64,000 nt of DNA from an uncultured Phycisphaerales bacterium. Lineage in GTDB: Bacteria; Planctomycetota; Phycisphaerae; WQYP01. This document shows positions 11,801-22,546 of the stretch, piece after piece. The notes beneath the pieces were generated by a model. The model saw nothing but the letters and a program-made list of their open reading frames with translations. It was not told the DNA's origin and made no database searches. A program made the position numbers and the translations under genes. The stretch is taken from NCBI GenBank assembly GCA_963766775.1, contig CAVYBP010000010.1, forward strand, positions 35,861 through 99,860, written 5' to 3'. How positions within the stretch are numbered: position 1 is the stretch's first letter; each line of letters opens with the position of its first letter.

Positions 11801-14800
11801 GAAAACGAAGTCCAGCACTGGCGCCTCGAACCCCAGCGACGATGGCACCGCCGACGTGCAGATTCACGGCCAAGCCGCGGGCCAATACCGTTTGAGCTAC
11901 ACGCGTCACCGACGCCAAAGGCCCGACGATCGAGGGCGGATATGTCTTCGTCGTCCGCGGCGAGGGTTTCAACGGCAAGGAGTTCCGCTTCAACGATATC
12001 GAAGTCGTCACGGACAAAAAGGAATATGCCGCCGGGGAAAAGGTGCGGCTGATGGTCAACACGAACCGCGCCGATGCGACGGTGCTGCTGTTCATTCGGC
12101 CCGACCAATGGCATTTATCTGCCCCCGAAGGTGATTCGGCTGAAGGGCAAGAGCGCCGTGGAGGAAATCGACGTCGGCAAGAAGGACATGCCCAACTTCT
12201 TTGTCGAAGCGCTGACGGTCGCCAACGCCAAGGTGTACACGGATGTGCGCGAGGTGATCGTCCCGCCGGAGGATCGCGATCTTGAATGTCGACGTGTCAC
12301 GGCCGACGCGGCGGAATACAAGCCGGGCGAGCAAAGGCGAAGCTGACGCTGAAGGTGACGGAAAAGAATGGCGAGCCATTCACCGGCTCGGCGGTGCTGG
12401 CGCTGTATGACAAGAGCGTGGAGTACATCAGCGGCGGCACCAACGTCGGCGGACATTCGCAAGTATTTCTGGCAGTGGCGGCGGCAGCATTACGTCAGAA
12501 CCGAAGACAGCCTGGACATCGCCAGCGCCAACTCATGAAGTGCCGGACGAAATCGGGATGGCCTACCTCGGCGTCTTTGGCGGTATGCGCGACGGAGTAT
12601 GGCGAAAAGTCGCGGCGCCGACGCACGCGACGATTCGGACGTATATGGAACAGAGGCATTCAAGATCTCGCCTCGCCCAGCGGAGGCCGGGCGCGGCGGC
12701 GGCGGACGGCGGCGGTCGCATTTGGCTGACCGATCGGAAATCGCCGCTGCGAGCGGACCTGTCCGACGCTGCGCGACATTGGTCAGCCCGAGGCTGTCGC
12801 GAATGCAATCAATCCCGCCCGCCAAGGTCCTGCACGCGTCGAACCCACCGTCCGCTCCAACTTCGCCGATACGGCCTACTGGGCGCCCAATCTGGTCACC
12901 GCCAAGGACGGCACCGCCACCGTGGAAGTCACCATGCCCGAAAGCCTCACCACCTGGAAGGCGAAGGTCTGGGCACTCGGCGCGGGCACGCCGCGTCGGC
13001 GAAGGGGAGACCGAAGTCGTCACCACCAAAAATCTGATCGTCCGGCTGGAAGCCCCGCGCTTCTTCGTCCAGAACGATGAAGTCGTCTTCTCCGCCATCG
13101 TCCACAACTATCTGAAAACCGCAAAGCACGTGCGCGTCGAATCTGAACCTCTCCGGCGACCTGTTTGAGCCGGTCGATCCACGCCGGCGACACCGAGCAT
13201 TTCACACCAGATCGCACCCTCAAATCCGCCGATGTCGACGCCGGCGGCGAAGCACGCGTCGATTGGCGCGTCAACGTCCTCCACGAAGGCACCGCCCAGA
13301 TCATCGCCACGCAAGCCATCACCGATGAAGAATCCGACGCCATGCAGACTTCCTTCCCCGTTTACATCCACGGCATGCTCAAAACCGACAGCTTCTCCGG
13401 CGTCATCCGCGATGCCACAACCACCGGAAGCATCACCATCAAATGCCCGCAAAGAACGCCGCCCGGAACAAAGCCGCGCTCGAAATCCGCTACAGCCCCA
13501 CCCTCGCCGGTGCCATGGTCGATGCGCTGCCCTACCTCGTCGACTACCCCTACGGCTGCACCGAGCAAACGCTCAATCGGTTCGTGCCCACCGTCATGAC
13601 GCAGAAAATTCTGCTCGGACATGCACCTGGATCTCGCGGCCATTCGAAAGAAACGCACCAATCTCAACGCACAGGAAATCGGCAACGATCACGACCGCGC
13701 CGCACAGTGGAAGCAGCTGCGGACCGCAACCCCGTTTTCGAGCAGGCACGAAGTCGACGCATGGTCCGCGAAGGCGTCACGCGACTCTCCAATATGCAGG
13801 TTACCGATGGCGGATGGGGTTGGTTCAGTGGCACCGGCGAAGAGAGCTATCCTCACACCACCGCCGTCGTCGTCCACGGTCTGCAAATCGCCCGCGACAA
13901 CGGCGCGGCGGTCGATCAGGCCGTGCTCGACCGCGGCAGTCCAATGGCTCCTCAAGTTCCAGATCCGACCGCCTCGCATGGATCAAGGAAAAGCGTCAAG
14001 GACCGCACCACCGACGATCTCGACGCCTTCGTCTACATGGTCCTCGTCGATGCCGACCACGACAGCCCCGTCATGCGACGCTACCTCTTCGAAGACCGCA
14101 AAGGCCTCGCTGTCTACACCAAAGCCATGTTCGGACTCGCGCTGTCAGAACTGAAAGACGCCGACAAACTCAAAATGATTCTCGATAACTGCCGGCAATA
14201 TGTGGTGCAGGATCATGAAAATCAAACCGCCTATCTCAAGATGCCCGAGTCCGGCTGGTGGTACTGGTACGACAGCGAGTTCGAAGCCAACGCCTATTAC
14301 CTCAAACTGCTCTCCCGCACCGATCCCAAAGGGGAGCTCGCCAGTCGATTGGCGAAATATCTCATCAACAATCGCCGCAACGCCACCTATTGGAACTCCA
14401 CCCGCGACACCGCCGACTGCATCGAAGCTCTCGCCGATTACATCCGCGCCAGCGGAGAGGCCGCACCTGACATGACCGTCCACATCGCCCTCGACGGCAA
14501 AGAAGTCAAAACCGAAAAAATCACCGCCCAGGACCTCTTCACCTTCGATAACAAACTCGCTCCTCACCGGCACCGACGTCTCCGACGGGACCCACACCAT
14601 CCAACTCACCCGCGACGGCACCGGCCCGCTCTACTTCAACGCCTACCTGACCAACTTCACCCTGGAAAATCACATCACCACGGCGGGCCTGGAAGTAAAG
14701 GTGAATCGAAAGATCTATCTGCTCACCGAGGCCGACAAAACCATCAAGGCCGAAGGTGCCCACGGACAGGCCGTCGATCAGCGCGTCGAAAAATATCTCC

Positions 14801-15174
14801 GCACCGAATTAACCGACGGCACATCCGTCAAGAGCGGCGACCTCATCGAAGTCGAACTCGCCATCGATTCCAAGAACGACTATGAGTACATCCTGCTCGA
14901 AGATATGAAGGCCGCCGGTTTTGAACCCGTGGAAGTCCGCAGCGGTTACAACGGCAACGAAATCGGCGCCTACGTCGAATTCCACGACGAACGCGTGGCC
15001 TTCTTCGTCCGCTGGCTCACCCGCGGCAAACACTCCGTCAGCTACCGCGTCCGGGCCGAAATCCCCGGCTCCTTCAGCGCCCTCCCCACCAAAGTCAGCG
15101 CCATGTACGCCCCCGAACTCAAAGGAAACTCCGACGAGATCCACCTCCGAATCACCGACGCCGCAACACCCTAA
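8810..15174 (+). CDS. Bacterial alpha-2-macroglobulin family protein (~2100 aa, many indels)
   Basis: Signal peptide [25 protein letters not shown]; MG2 motif [12 protein letters not shown]; [13 protein letters not shown]; [13 protein letters not shown]; VRLEAPRFF; thioester YPYGCTEQ; DGGWGW; [22 protein letters not shown]. Confidence 0.93.
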
Positions 15175-15207
15175 ACCGCCCATTCCGAAACACCTCCCCA
15201 AACTCCT
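15158..15207. repeat. 50-bp direct repeat, copy 1 (partner at 21004-21053)
   Basis: ACGCCGCAACACCCTAAACCGC(C/T)CATT(C/T)CGAAACACCTCCCCAAACTCCT, 48/50 identical between copies. Confidence 0.95.
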
Positions 15208-15212
15208 AACAT

Positions 15213-15302
15213 GTCGTCGGCCTAATCATCCTCGCCGGCCTCTTCCTCTTCGTCACCATCAACGACATTTCACTCTTTAACGCATTTCAACCACACCTAT
15301 AG
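15213..15302 (+). pseudogene. Start-less fragment resembling the C-terminal TM helix of RseP (site-2 protease)
   Basis: Reads VVGLIILAGLFLFVTINDISLFNAFQPHL*, resembling the RseP terminal G..L.L.L..FVT.ND motif; no in-frame upstream body. Confidence 0.4.
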
Positions 15303-15385
15303 CAGAAATTCCGAGACGCGACCAAGCGTTTGATAGAGTGAGATGAGTACATGCTTTACCCTACCTGCTTGAGAGGTAGGTATTT

Positions 15386-15457
15386 CCAAGCCTGCGCCCG
15401 AGAGGAAGCGGTTGTCACAGTCCTTGGAACGCCGACTTCCTTTCGGTCGAGGCTCGG
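15386..15457. repeat. Degenerate inverted REP doublet (REPIN-like)
   Basis: CCAAGCCTGCGCCCGAGAGGAAGCGG ... CCGACTTCCTTTCGGTCGAGGCTCGG are imperfect reverse complements; followed by TTTTTCCAACAGGCT, which resembles an IS/MITE terminus. Confidence 0.55.
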
Positions 15458-15606
15458 ATCCTTGTTTTTCCAACAGGCTTTTAGAGTCTAGTGATAGGAA
15501 ATTTGATTTTTGTGGAAGTGAGCGCCTTGATGCGGGGGCAGGGGGTTTTCATTGCGGACCCGACGGGAGGTTTGTGGCGGGCACTTGGAGGAGTGCTGTT
15601 CGACGG

Positions 15607-18600
15607 TCAGAGATTGGGTGCGAACGAGGCGGAGGTGCGACGGGAACGGCGCGTGGTAAGGATGAATGTGGACAGAACCGCGGAGAAGGCGGTCGCAGGC
15701 TCGGGGACGGGGGCCGCGTTTGCAAAGACGAGAGAGGTGTTGAAACCTTCGCTGGGTTCGCCAACGAGCGTCATCTGAAAGACGAGATCCTGTTGATTTC
15801 GGACTTCGCCCTGGCCGAAAGCTCCTAGGTCGAGCAAATTGCCAGAGAAGTAATTCTGGGCTGCGCCGAGAGAAAGAAATGTCTGGGTGAGGAGGCTGGC
15901 GCCATCCTCCGTGATGCTTAAGGTGAGGGAGTCGAAGCCATTTCCGGAAGCGGCATCGCCGAACAATCCGACCACGAAGTGATTCTGGGCGTGTCCGAGC
16001 AGCGTGAGATTGACCTTGTATTCGGCACTGGCGTTGATCGTCTCCGTGCCGGTCTGCACATTGTGGCCTGCGAGGGAGATCAATCCGAGAATATCGCTGG
16101 TGCTGTTGAACTCGGTGGCGAAGCGGGGGGCGGCGGAATTGATGGCCGTGAGATCAGAAGAGGCGGGGAGGGCGGTGGCGTAGCTGATGGAGGCGAGGGT
16201 TGGCGAGGAGGTGTAGTGGGAGATGGGCTGGGAGATTGCGGCCTGGCACTCGACATCAGAGGGAGACAAGCCGCCGAGGGAGGTGGTGGCGTTAGTAATT
16301 AACGATGTGATGGCGTGCCCGCCGGAGGTGGCCTGCGCGGATGCGGATCCACTGCTGCCGGTGCCCGAGGCGTGGGCCATGGCGGCACCCATGTTGCCGT
16401 TGGAGGCGGTGCTTCCGCCGGTCGCGATGCCGGAGACGCTGACAAGGCCGGTTCCGGTTGCGGAAGCGATAGCGTTGGCGGCGCCGCCGAGGCCGGCGTT
16501 TGCGGTAAGGGCGGCAGTTCCGCCGGCACCACCGATGGCCTTGGCATTGGCGGCAACGGACTGACCACCGCCGCCCGCGATCGCGATTGCAGAGGCGGCA
16601 CCACCAGCCCCGGCGAATGCGGTTCCATTGGCGTGCCCGCCGGAGCCACCAGTGGAGGAGGCGGTGGCCGTGGTCGCACCGGAATAATTGGTGGCGGTGG
16701 AGGAGGTGGTAGCGGACGCACCGGGTGCCGCACCGCCGGCAGCTTTCGAGGAAGAACCGCCGATTCCGCCGAGGGCGTCGGCTTCGAGAGTGAAGGAGGA
16801 GACGTTTGAGGTCATTGAAAGCGTGCTGGAAGCACTGCCGGCGGAGGCACCGTTTCCCGCAGTAGCAGTGCCACCGGACCCACCTATGGCAGCCTGGAGG
16901 AGAGCCAAAGTGCCGGCGGCGGGGACGGTCCCGCTGATGGTGTTGTTGAGCGAAACGGGGATGCCGATGCCGCCGGCGGTGCTACCCGCGCCGCCGGATC
17001 CGCCGGTGATGCGGTCTACGACGGAGACGGGACCGTCGGCGGCGGTTGCAAAGATCTGGCCAAGGGAGACCGAACCGCCGTCGCCACCGCGAGCGGTGGA
17101 GGAGATGGCGCCGATTCCGCCGGTCGCCGCGACATTGAGGGTAGCGCCGGCGGCGCCACCGGTGGCAGTGGCGGAAGACGTGGCGTTGCCGCCGTTCAAG
17201 CCGGCGATGCCAGTGCCGGTGCTTTGTCCGGCGGCACCGGCGTTGGCGTTGAGATTGACGATCAAAGCGCCGCCGCCGGGATTGGAGGCGTGGATGGAAC
17301 CGGATGCATCGCCGCCAGCACCGCTCAGATTTCCGATTCCGCCATCGCCGCCGCGTGCGCTTTGGATGAGGGTCAGCGTGCCGGCGGTGTTGCCGGAGAC
17401 GGCGTCGGTCAAGGTGGTTGAGGCACCATTTCCGCCATTTGCGCCGCTGGAGCCTGAGCCGCCGTTTCCGCCGAGAGCGTTTGCAGTCGCGCCGACGCTT
17501 ACGCCGGTGGGCGACGTTGCGGAGGCGATGGCGATTCCGGGGCCGCCGTTTCCGCCGGCGTGTCCGGTACCGACACCTGCGCCGCCGTTTCCGCCGGATC
17601 CGTTAGCTGTGGCCGCGACGGTATATGTTTTGGCGACAGCCCTGCCGGTGATGGAGGCGATGGAGTTTCCTGTGCCACCATTGCCACCATTGCCAGTGCC
17701 GGAGGAGGATGCTGCGCCACCAATACCGCCGGTGGCGTAGTCGTTGGCGAACATTGCGGAAGAAAGAGCGAAGCCATCGGCGCTAGTGGTTCCAGTGGCG
17801 TTGCCGCCGGCGCCGCCCCTGGCGCCATTTCCAGCAGGTCCGCCGGTTTCACCGGAGACCTGATCGGCTGCGTTGGCAGAATCGGTAAGACTGATAGCAG
17901 AGGCGTAACCAGTGCTGTTACCGCCGGTGCCGCCGTTGAAACCATTGGAGCCAAATCCTCCGGCTCCCGTGACACGGTAAGAACCCGTATTAGTCTGTGC
18001 GTAAGCGGAGGTGGTGCCGAGCGAATTGGTGGCGGTTGCGGTGACGTTTGCGTTTCCGCCGGCGCCGCCGGCGGCGGTTCCGGTACCGCCGCCGCTGCCG
18101 CTGGCATAAGCTTCGATGGTGACGTCGGCGACGGCTGCGGAAATGTTAAGGGTGCTGATGGAGTCGCCGGCGAGTCCAGTGGAGGGACCACCGGAGTTTC
18201 GCGGCGCGTTTCCGCCTATTGCTGATTGGGTGAGATTCATGTGACCGGAGGAAGAGGTCGCGGCGAGGAAGGCGTTTTGCAAGATGACTGAGGCACCATT
18301 TCCGGGGGTCCCGGTGAGACCGGCGTAACCGCCGTTGCCGCCCCAGCCGACGAGAGAGACGGTGACGTTGCCGTTGCCCGTGGAGGTTGCGGAGATCGGG
18401 CCGAACGTTCGCGCGGTGCCATTGCCGCCGTTGCTAGCGGAATTTCCGCCGGCCCCGCCGAATGCACTTCCGGAGACGCTGATGTCGCCGCCGCCGATGG
18501 CGCTGATGGTGAGGGAAGCGGCGCCGCCGGGTGCGCCGTCGAGAGTAGTGATGCCGACATTGCCGCCGGTGCTGGTGGCGGTGACGGAAACAGGATTGGA

Positions 18601-20296
18601 ACCAGAACCGGTGGCGGTGACGATGGTGGTGCCGTTTCCGCCGGGGGTGCTGATGCTAGGATGGGAACTTCCATTGACAGTTCCGCCCTGGCCACCGACA
18701 CCACCGATGGAAGAGGCGATGGCAGCGATTCCGCCGCCGCCGGGGTTGCTGGCATTCAAGATGCTGGTGGCGTTACCGGCGAGACCGGTTTGCGTGCTGA
18801 ACCCGGTCCCGCCGGCACCGCCGACAGCGGATTGGCTGAGTGTGAGCATACCGGCGGTGGAACCGCTGACGACATTGTTGAGAGAAACGGAAGCGCCGCC
18901 ACCGCCCTTGAATTCGCCCAAACCGCCTGAGCCGCCGGTGGCGGTGGCGGAGATGGAGACGGGTGCGGCGGTGGAGGAAAAGCCGGAGGCACCAACGGAG
19001 GCGGTTCCACCATCGGGGCTGGGAGAAGGATTGAACCAGCCGCCCGAGCCGCCGGTTGCATTGACATTGATGTTGAGCGCGCCGCCGCCGGAATTGACGG
19101 CGGTGAGGAAAGAAGCGGCGTTGCCGGCGATGCCGCCGGATTGTCCGAAGCCGCCGCCGCCCGCGACGGTGGTTTGGGTCAACGTCAGGTTGCCGGCGGT
19201 GGAACCGCTGACGGCGTTGGTCAGGGATTCATTTTCCGCCATTGCCAGCGACGAGTCCATTTCCGGCATTTCCGCCGTTGCCGCCCTTGGCTGTGGCGGA
19301 GACAGTGACGTTGGAGCCGGCGGTGGAGGAGCCTTGAGCGGAGGCAACGGAAGGGGCGGCGGAGCCGGCAAAGTTTCCCGAGCCGCCGTTTCCACCGGCG
19401 GCGGTTGCGGAGACGTTTACGCTTTGGTTAGCCGAAGTGCTGCTGCCGCTTGCGGTGGAAGAGGCTCCTCCGCCGTTGCCACCGTTTCCGACGTAGTTGC
19501 CGGAGACGTATCCGCCATCGCCACCGATGGCGGAATCGGTGACGGTGATGTTGCCGGCACCGCCGAGGCCGTTGGCCTGCGATGAACCGGTTGCAAAGCC
19601 GCCGTTACCGCCGTTTCCGTTTCCCATGGAGATGCCGCCGGTGCCGCCGTAGGCAGTGCCATTGGCGGTAGCGGTGTTGAGGGCGTTGGCGATGAGGGTG
19701 TTGAACGCGTCGCCGCCGCTGCCGCCGGTTCCGTTGGTTCCGGTCTGGCCGCCATTGCCGCCAGCGGCGTTGCCGGTTGCGGAGGCGGATCCGAGGTTGT
19801 TGGTCGTGGAAGAGAGATTGGTTCCAGTGCCACCTTTGCCACCGTTGCCGGCATTTCCAGAGACGCCGGGTGCAATGCCAGTTCCTCCGGTACCGCCTGC
19901 GCCGCCATCACCGGCCAGGCCGTAGGATGAGCTGGTTTCCAATCCGGAAGAAGAGAGGGTTGTGTTGGCTGTTGAGGTGGCGGCTCCGCCGTCGGCACCG
20001 TTTTGACCATTGCCGCCATTGTCACCGGCTGTGGTCGCACTGGTTCCAGGAATTCCAGCACCCCCGGTGCCACCGTTGGCCTGGGCGGTGTTGCTGGAAT
20101 CGGAGGGAGTGGAGGCAGTGGCAACGGCGGGCCCACCGGGGCTTGAGGGATTTCCGGCGGTACCGGTTTCAATGTCCGTTGCTCCGAAGATTTTTCTTTC
20201 GCCGAGACTGAAGATCGTTAACGAAACAGCCATCGCCAGGAGCGTGGCGTTCATCTGATATCTTCGATTTTGGGGGAGGGTTTTGGTTTCCTTCAC
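15607..20296 (-). CDS. Large Gly/Ala/Ser/Thr-rich PEP-CTERM surface protein (~1560 aa; one indel ~19232)
   Basis: N-terminal hydrophobic leader, GGxGGxGG repeats, C-terminal PVPEPATAFSAVLSTFILTTRRSRR (PEP motif + TM + Arg cluster); track ORFs 19229-20296 and 15607-19395 join at a homopolymer. Confidence 0.9.
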
Positions 20297-20751
20297 GTTT
20301 CCACCTCGCGATTGCCGGACCCGGTGTTCCTATTGCACAAACATATAGTCCGCTTCGGAGGCGGGCAAGAAATCTCGGCGAATTTAATAGCGATTGAACG
20401 ATGCGAACTGGCGTGTTTACGGACAGTGGCAATCTGGGCAAATGGGGAGAGATGCTGGTGGAGCTTAGTTGTGGCATTGGAAAGGATGCTCTCGTGTGTG
20501 ACTTGCGCCGGAGGCTTTCTGGCGGACCTCCAAAGGCAGAGTCCGGAACTGTGTCGTGAAATTGAAGCACAAGGAGTCCTTTATACGCATCAGAAGGAAC
20601 AGGTCCCCTGCTATCGACTGGCCCGAGGACTCATGGCCCTGGCACTGCGGCAGAATCCGTCCAGCGTTTTACAGAATGCCTGATTCCAAAGGGCGACGCG
20701 CTGCCTGAAGGATCAATGGCCCGAACGAGGATCGGCGAGCATGGAGCTCAA

Positions 20752-20956
20752 ATAAAATAAACGCTGGAATCGCGAACACCGATTGTCCCGAACCCCCCAT
20801 CCTTCAGGAACGCTTCCGACGAACCTTTCGTCGCGGGTACCTTCTGTCCATACTCGGCAAGGGGGGAGACTTCAGTTCTGCCGCCGGGTACGTCGATGGG
20901 GTGCTCAGGCGCGGAAGCACGCACGTTATCCCTGCCGCTTGGATCGCCAACGCACA
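20752..20956 (-). ncRNA. Candidate structured ncRNA (~190-200 nt), possibly 6S-like
   Basis: On the minus strand, 5' GCGUUGG-C-GAUC pairs with 3' GAUUCCAGCGU; CCUGAGCACCCCAUC pairs with GAUGGGGGGUUCGGG; inner GUACC/GGUAC, CGGCA/UGCCG and CGACGAA/UUCGUCG stems; U-rich tail; upstream TTGAGA-N17-TATAGA. Confidence 0.5.
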
Positions 20957-20988
20957 TTGCACCTCTATAACCATCGAGCTCGCTCATC

Positions 20989-22494
20989 TCAACGGCCCAA
21001 GACACGCCGCAACACCCTAAACCGCTCATTTCGAAACACCTCCCCAAACTCCTCTCGCGTCCCCGCGAACTTCGCCGAATTCCACAAATCAAACCCGCGA
21101 TACTCCCACCACAAAATAACCCACCTCGCCCCCTCCGCCTGCTTTTTCACCCTTGCGATTTCCGACCTCGTCGGTATCCCCGGCTCCGGAAACCACGCAT
21201 CCGGAAGCTCCAATGGGACCCCCCTGAGCGAGGAGGGATCGGGGCATCCATTGGTCATGATCAGGGCATGATCCCCCCCCAAAACAGCTCCCAATTCACC
21301 CCATTCCCGCACCAAATCCGCGTCCGCCCACAGATATCCCGTATCGCGATTACGAATTTTATACCTCCACCCATTGTAAATATCCCCCGCCACCTGATCA
21401 TAAGACGACAAAAAAAGCCCCGCCAAAACCATAACCACCCCAACCCGAGCCACTTGCCGCAATGGCAAAATAGTCACCAATAACGACAGCCCCAACATCG
21501 GCAAATACGAATAATAACTCCACGACCCACTCCACCCATAAAACCCCACCAAAAACGCCGTATGCAAAACCCCCATCGTAAAAATCATCTCACCCCGCAC
21601 CCCTACCCTCCACTTCCTCACCGCCCACACAACCCCCATAACCCCTGCCACCGCCGCCACTAAAAACACCCCCGCCGCCGTGAAAAAATCGTCCCACGGA
21701 TGCGCGGGCCACCAAAACTCCCGCCCACTCCGCGCAAAAAAACCAAACCCCGTCGCCGCATACGTCGCCGCCCCCGTCGTCGGCAACAACGTCCTCACCA
21801 CCGGCCCAACCCCCATCCAAACCCCCAGCCCGCCAAAAGTAACGATCACCACCACCGCCGCCGGCATCAATTCCCGCCACACCCTCCGAAAGTTACCTCG
21901 CCCTTCCCACAAGATCATCACCACCAGAATCAATCCATAAACATACCCCATCGACGGCTTTACAAAGACACACGCCGCCATCAGCGCCAGCGCCCCGCCC
22001 CGCCTCCCTTCCGCCTGCGACGCCAGCGCCAGCAAAATAAACATCGCCTCCAGCGGATGCGTCAGCGTCAAATACGCCGGCATGATCGCCGTCGGCAACG
22101 CCATCACAAAAATGACAATCCCCCACCCCGACACCCCCGCCGCCACCAAAATACGCCCCATCGCCCACGCCATCACCATCTCCGCCGCCAGCGTCAGCAC
22201 CAAAAACGCCGCCGCGCTCCGACCCAGAATCGCAAACCCAATCCGCCCATACAGCAACGACAAAAGCCCATGCGTGTACCCAAAATCCACCGTCGGAACG
22301 TACCCCTTCGACAGCAGCATATCCCCCTTGAGCACCGTCCCCGGATCATAAAAAGCAAACTGCCCCCAGTCCGCAACCTGTGCCGTCGGCAGCCGCAACG
22401 CAAAATTGACCAGCAGCATCCCCGCAATCAACACCGCCAATGGCCACACCCGGCGCGGCCTCTCAGCGGCTGGCTCTTTGAATGCGTTCGTCAT
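20989..22494 (-). CDS. Polytopic membrane protein, putative GT-C-fold (ArnT/PMT-like) glycosyltransferase
   Basis: Many TM segments, loop after TM1 with YDPG and VPTVDFGYTHGLLS, ACVFVKPSMG motif, soluble C-terminal domain. Confidence 0.6.
   Translation of the reverse strand: MTNAFKEPAAERPRRVWPLAVLIAGMLLVNFALRLPTAQVADWGQFAFYDPGTVLKGDMLLSKGYVPTVDFGYTHGLLSLLYGRIGFAILGRSAAAFLVLTLAAEMVMAWAMGRILVAAGVSGWGIVIFVMALPTAIMPAYLTLTHPLEAMFILLALASQAEGRRGGALALMAACVFVKPSMGYVYGLILVVMILWEGRGNFRRVWRELMPAAVVVIVTFGGLGVWMGVGPVVRTLLPTTGAATYAATGFGFFARSGREFWWPAHPWDDFFTAAGVFLVAAVAGVMGVVWAVRKWRVGVRGEMIFTMGVLHTAFLVGFYGWSGSWSYYSYLPMLGLSLLVTILPLRQVARVGVVMVLAGLFLSSYDQVAGDIYNGWRYKIRNRDTGYLWADADLVREWGELGAVLGGDHALIMTNGCPDPSSLRGVPLELPDAWFPEPGIPTRSEIARVKKQAEGARWVILWWEYRGFDLWNSAKFAGTREEFGEVFRNERFRVLRRVLGR
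21004..21053. repeat. 50-bp direct repeat, copy 2 (within the 3' end of the GT-C-like gene)
   Basis: Matches 15158-15207 with two C/T differences. Confidence 0.95.
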
Positions 22495-22546
22495 TGCGTT
22501 TCCAGACCCTGTCGTCTCACGGCATGGCCGATGATATACTCATCCC

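Noticed and set aside
16315-19585. Long Pro-rich plus-strand ORFs (e.g. 16688-17740, 18335-19585)
   Set aside because: Antisense shadows of the Gly-rich PEP-CTERM gene
20490-20560. GAAAGCCTCCGG (minus strand) resembling a c-di-GMP-I riboswitch upstream of the PEP-CTERM gene
   Set aside because: The GCAAA..GAAA P2 stem and the P1/P3 pairing could not be found
20270-20683. 137-aa plus-strand ORF upstream of the PEP-CTERM gene
   Set aside because: No RBS, no motif and non-coding-like composition; probably regulatory DNA
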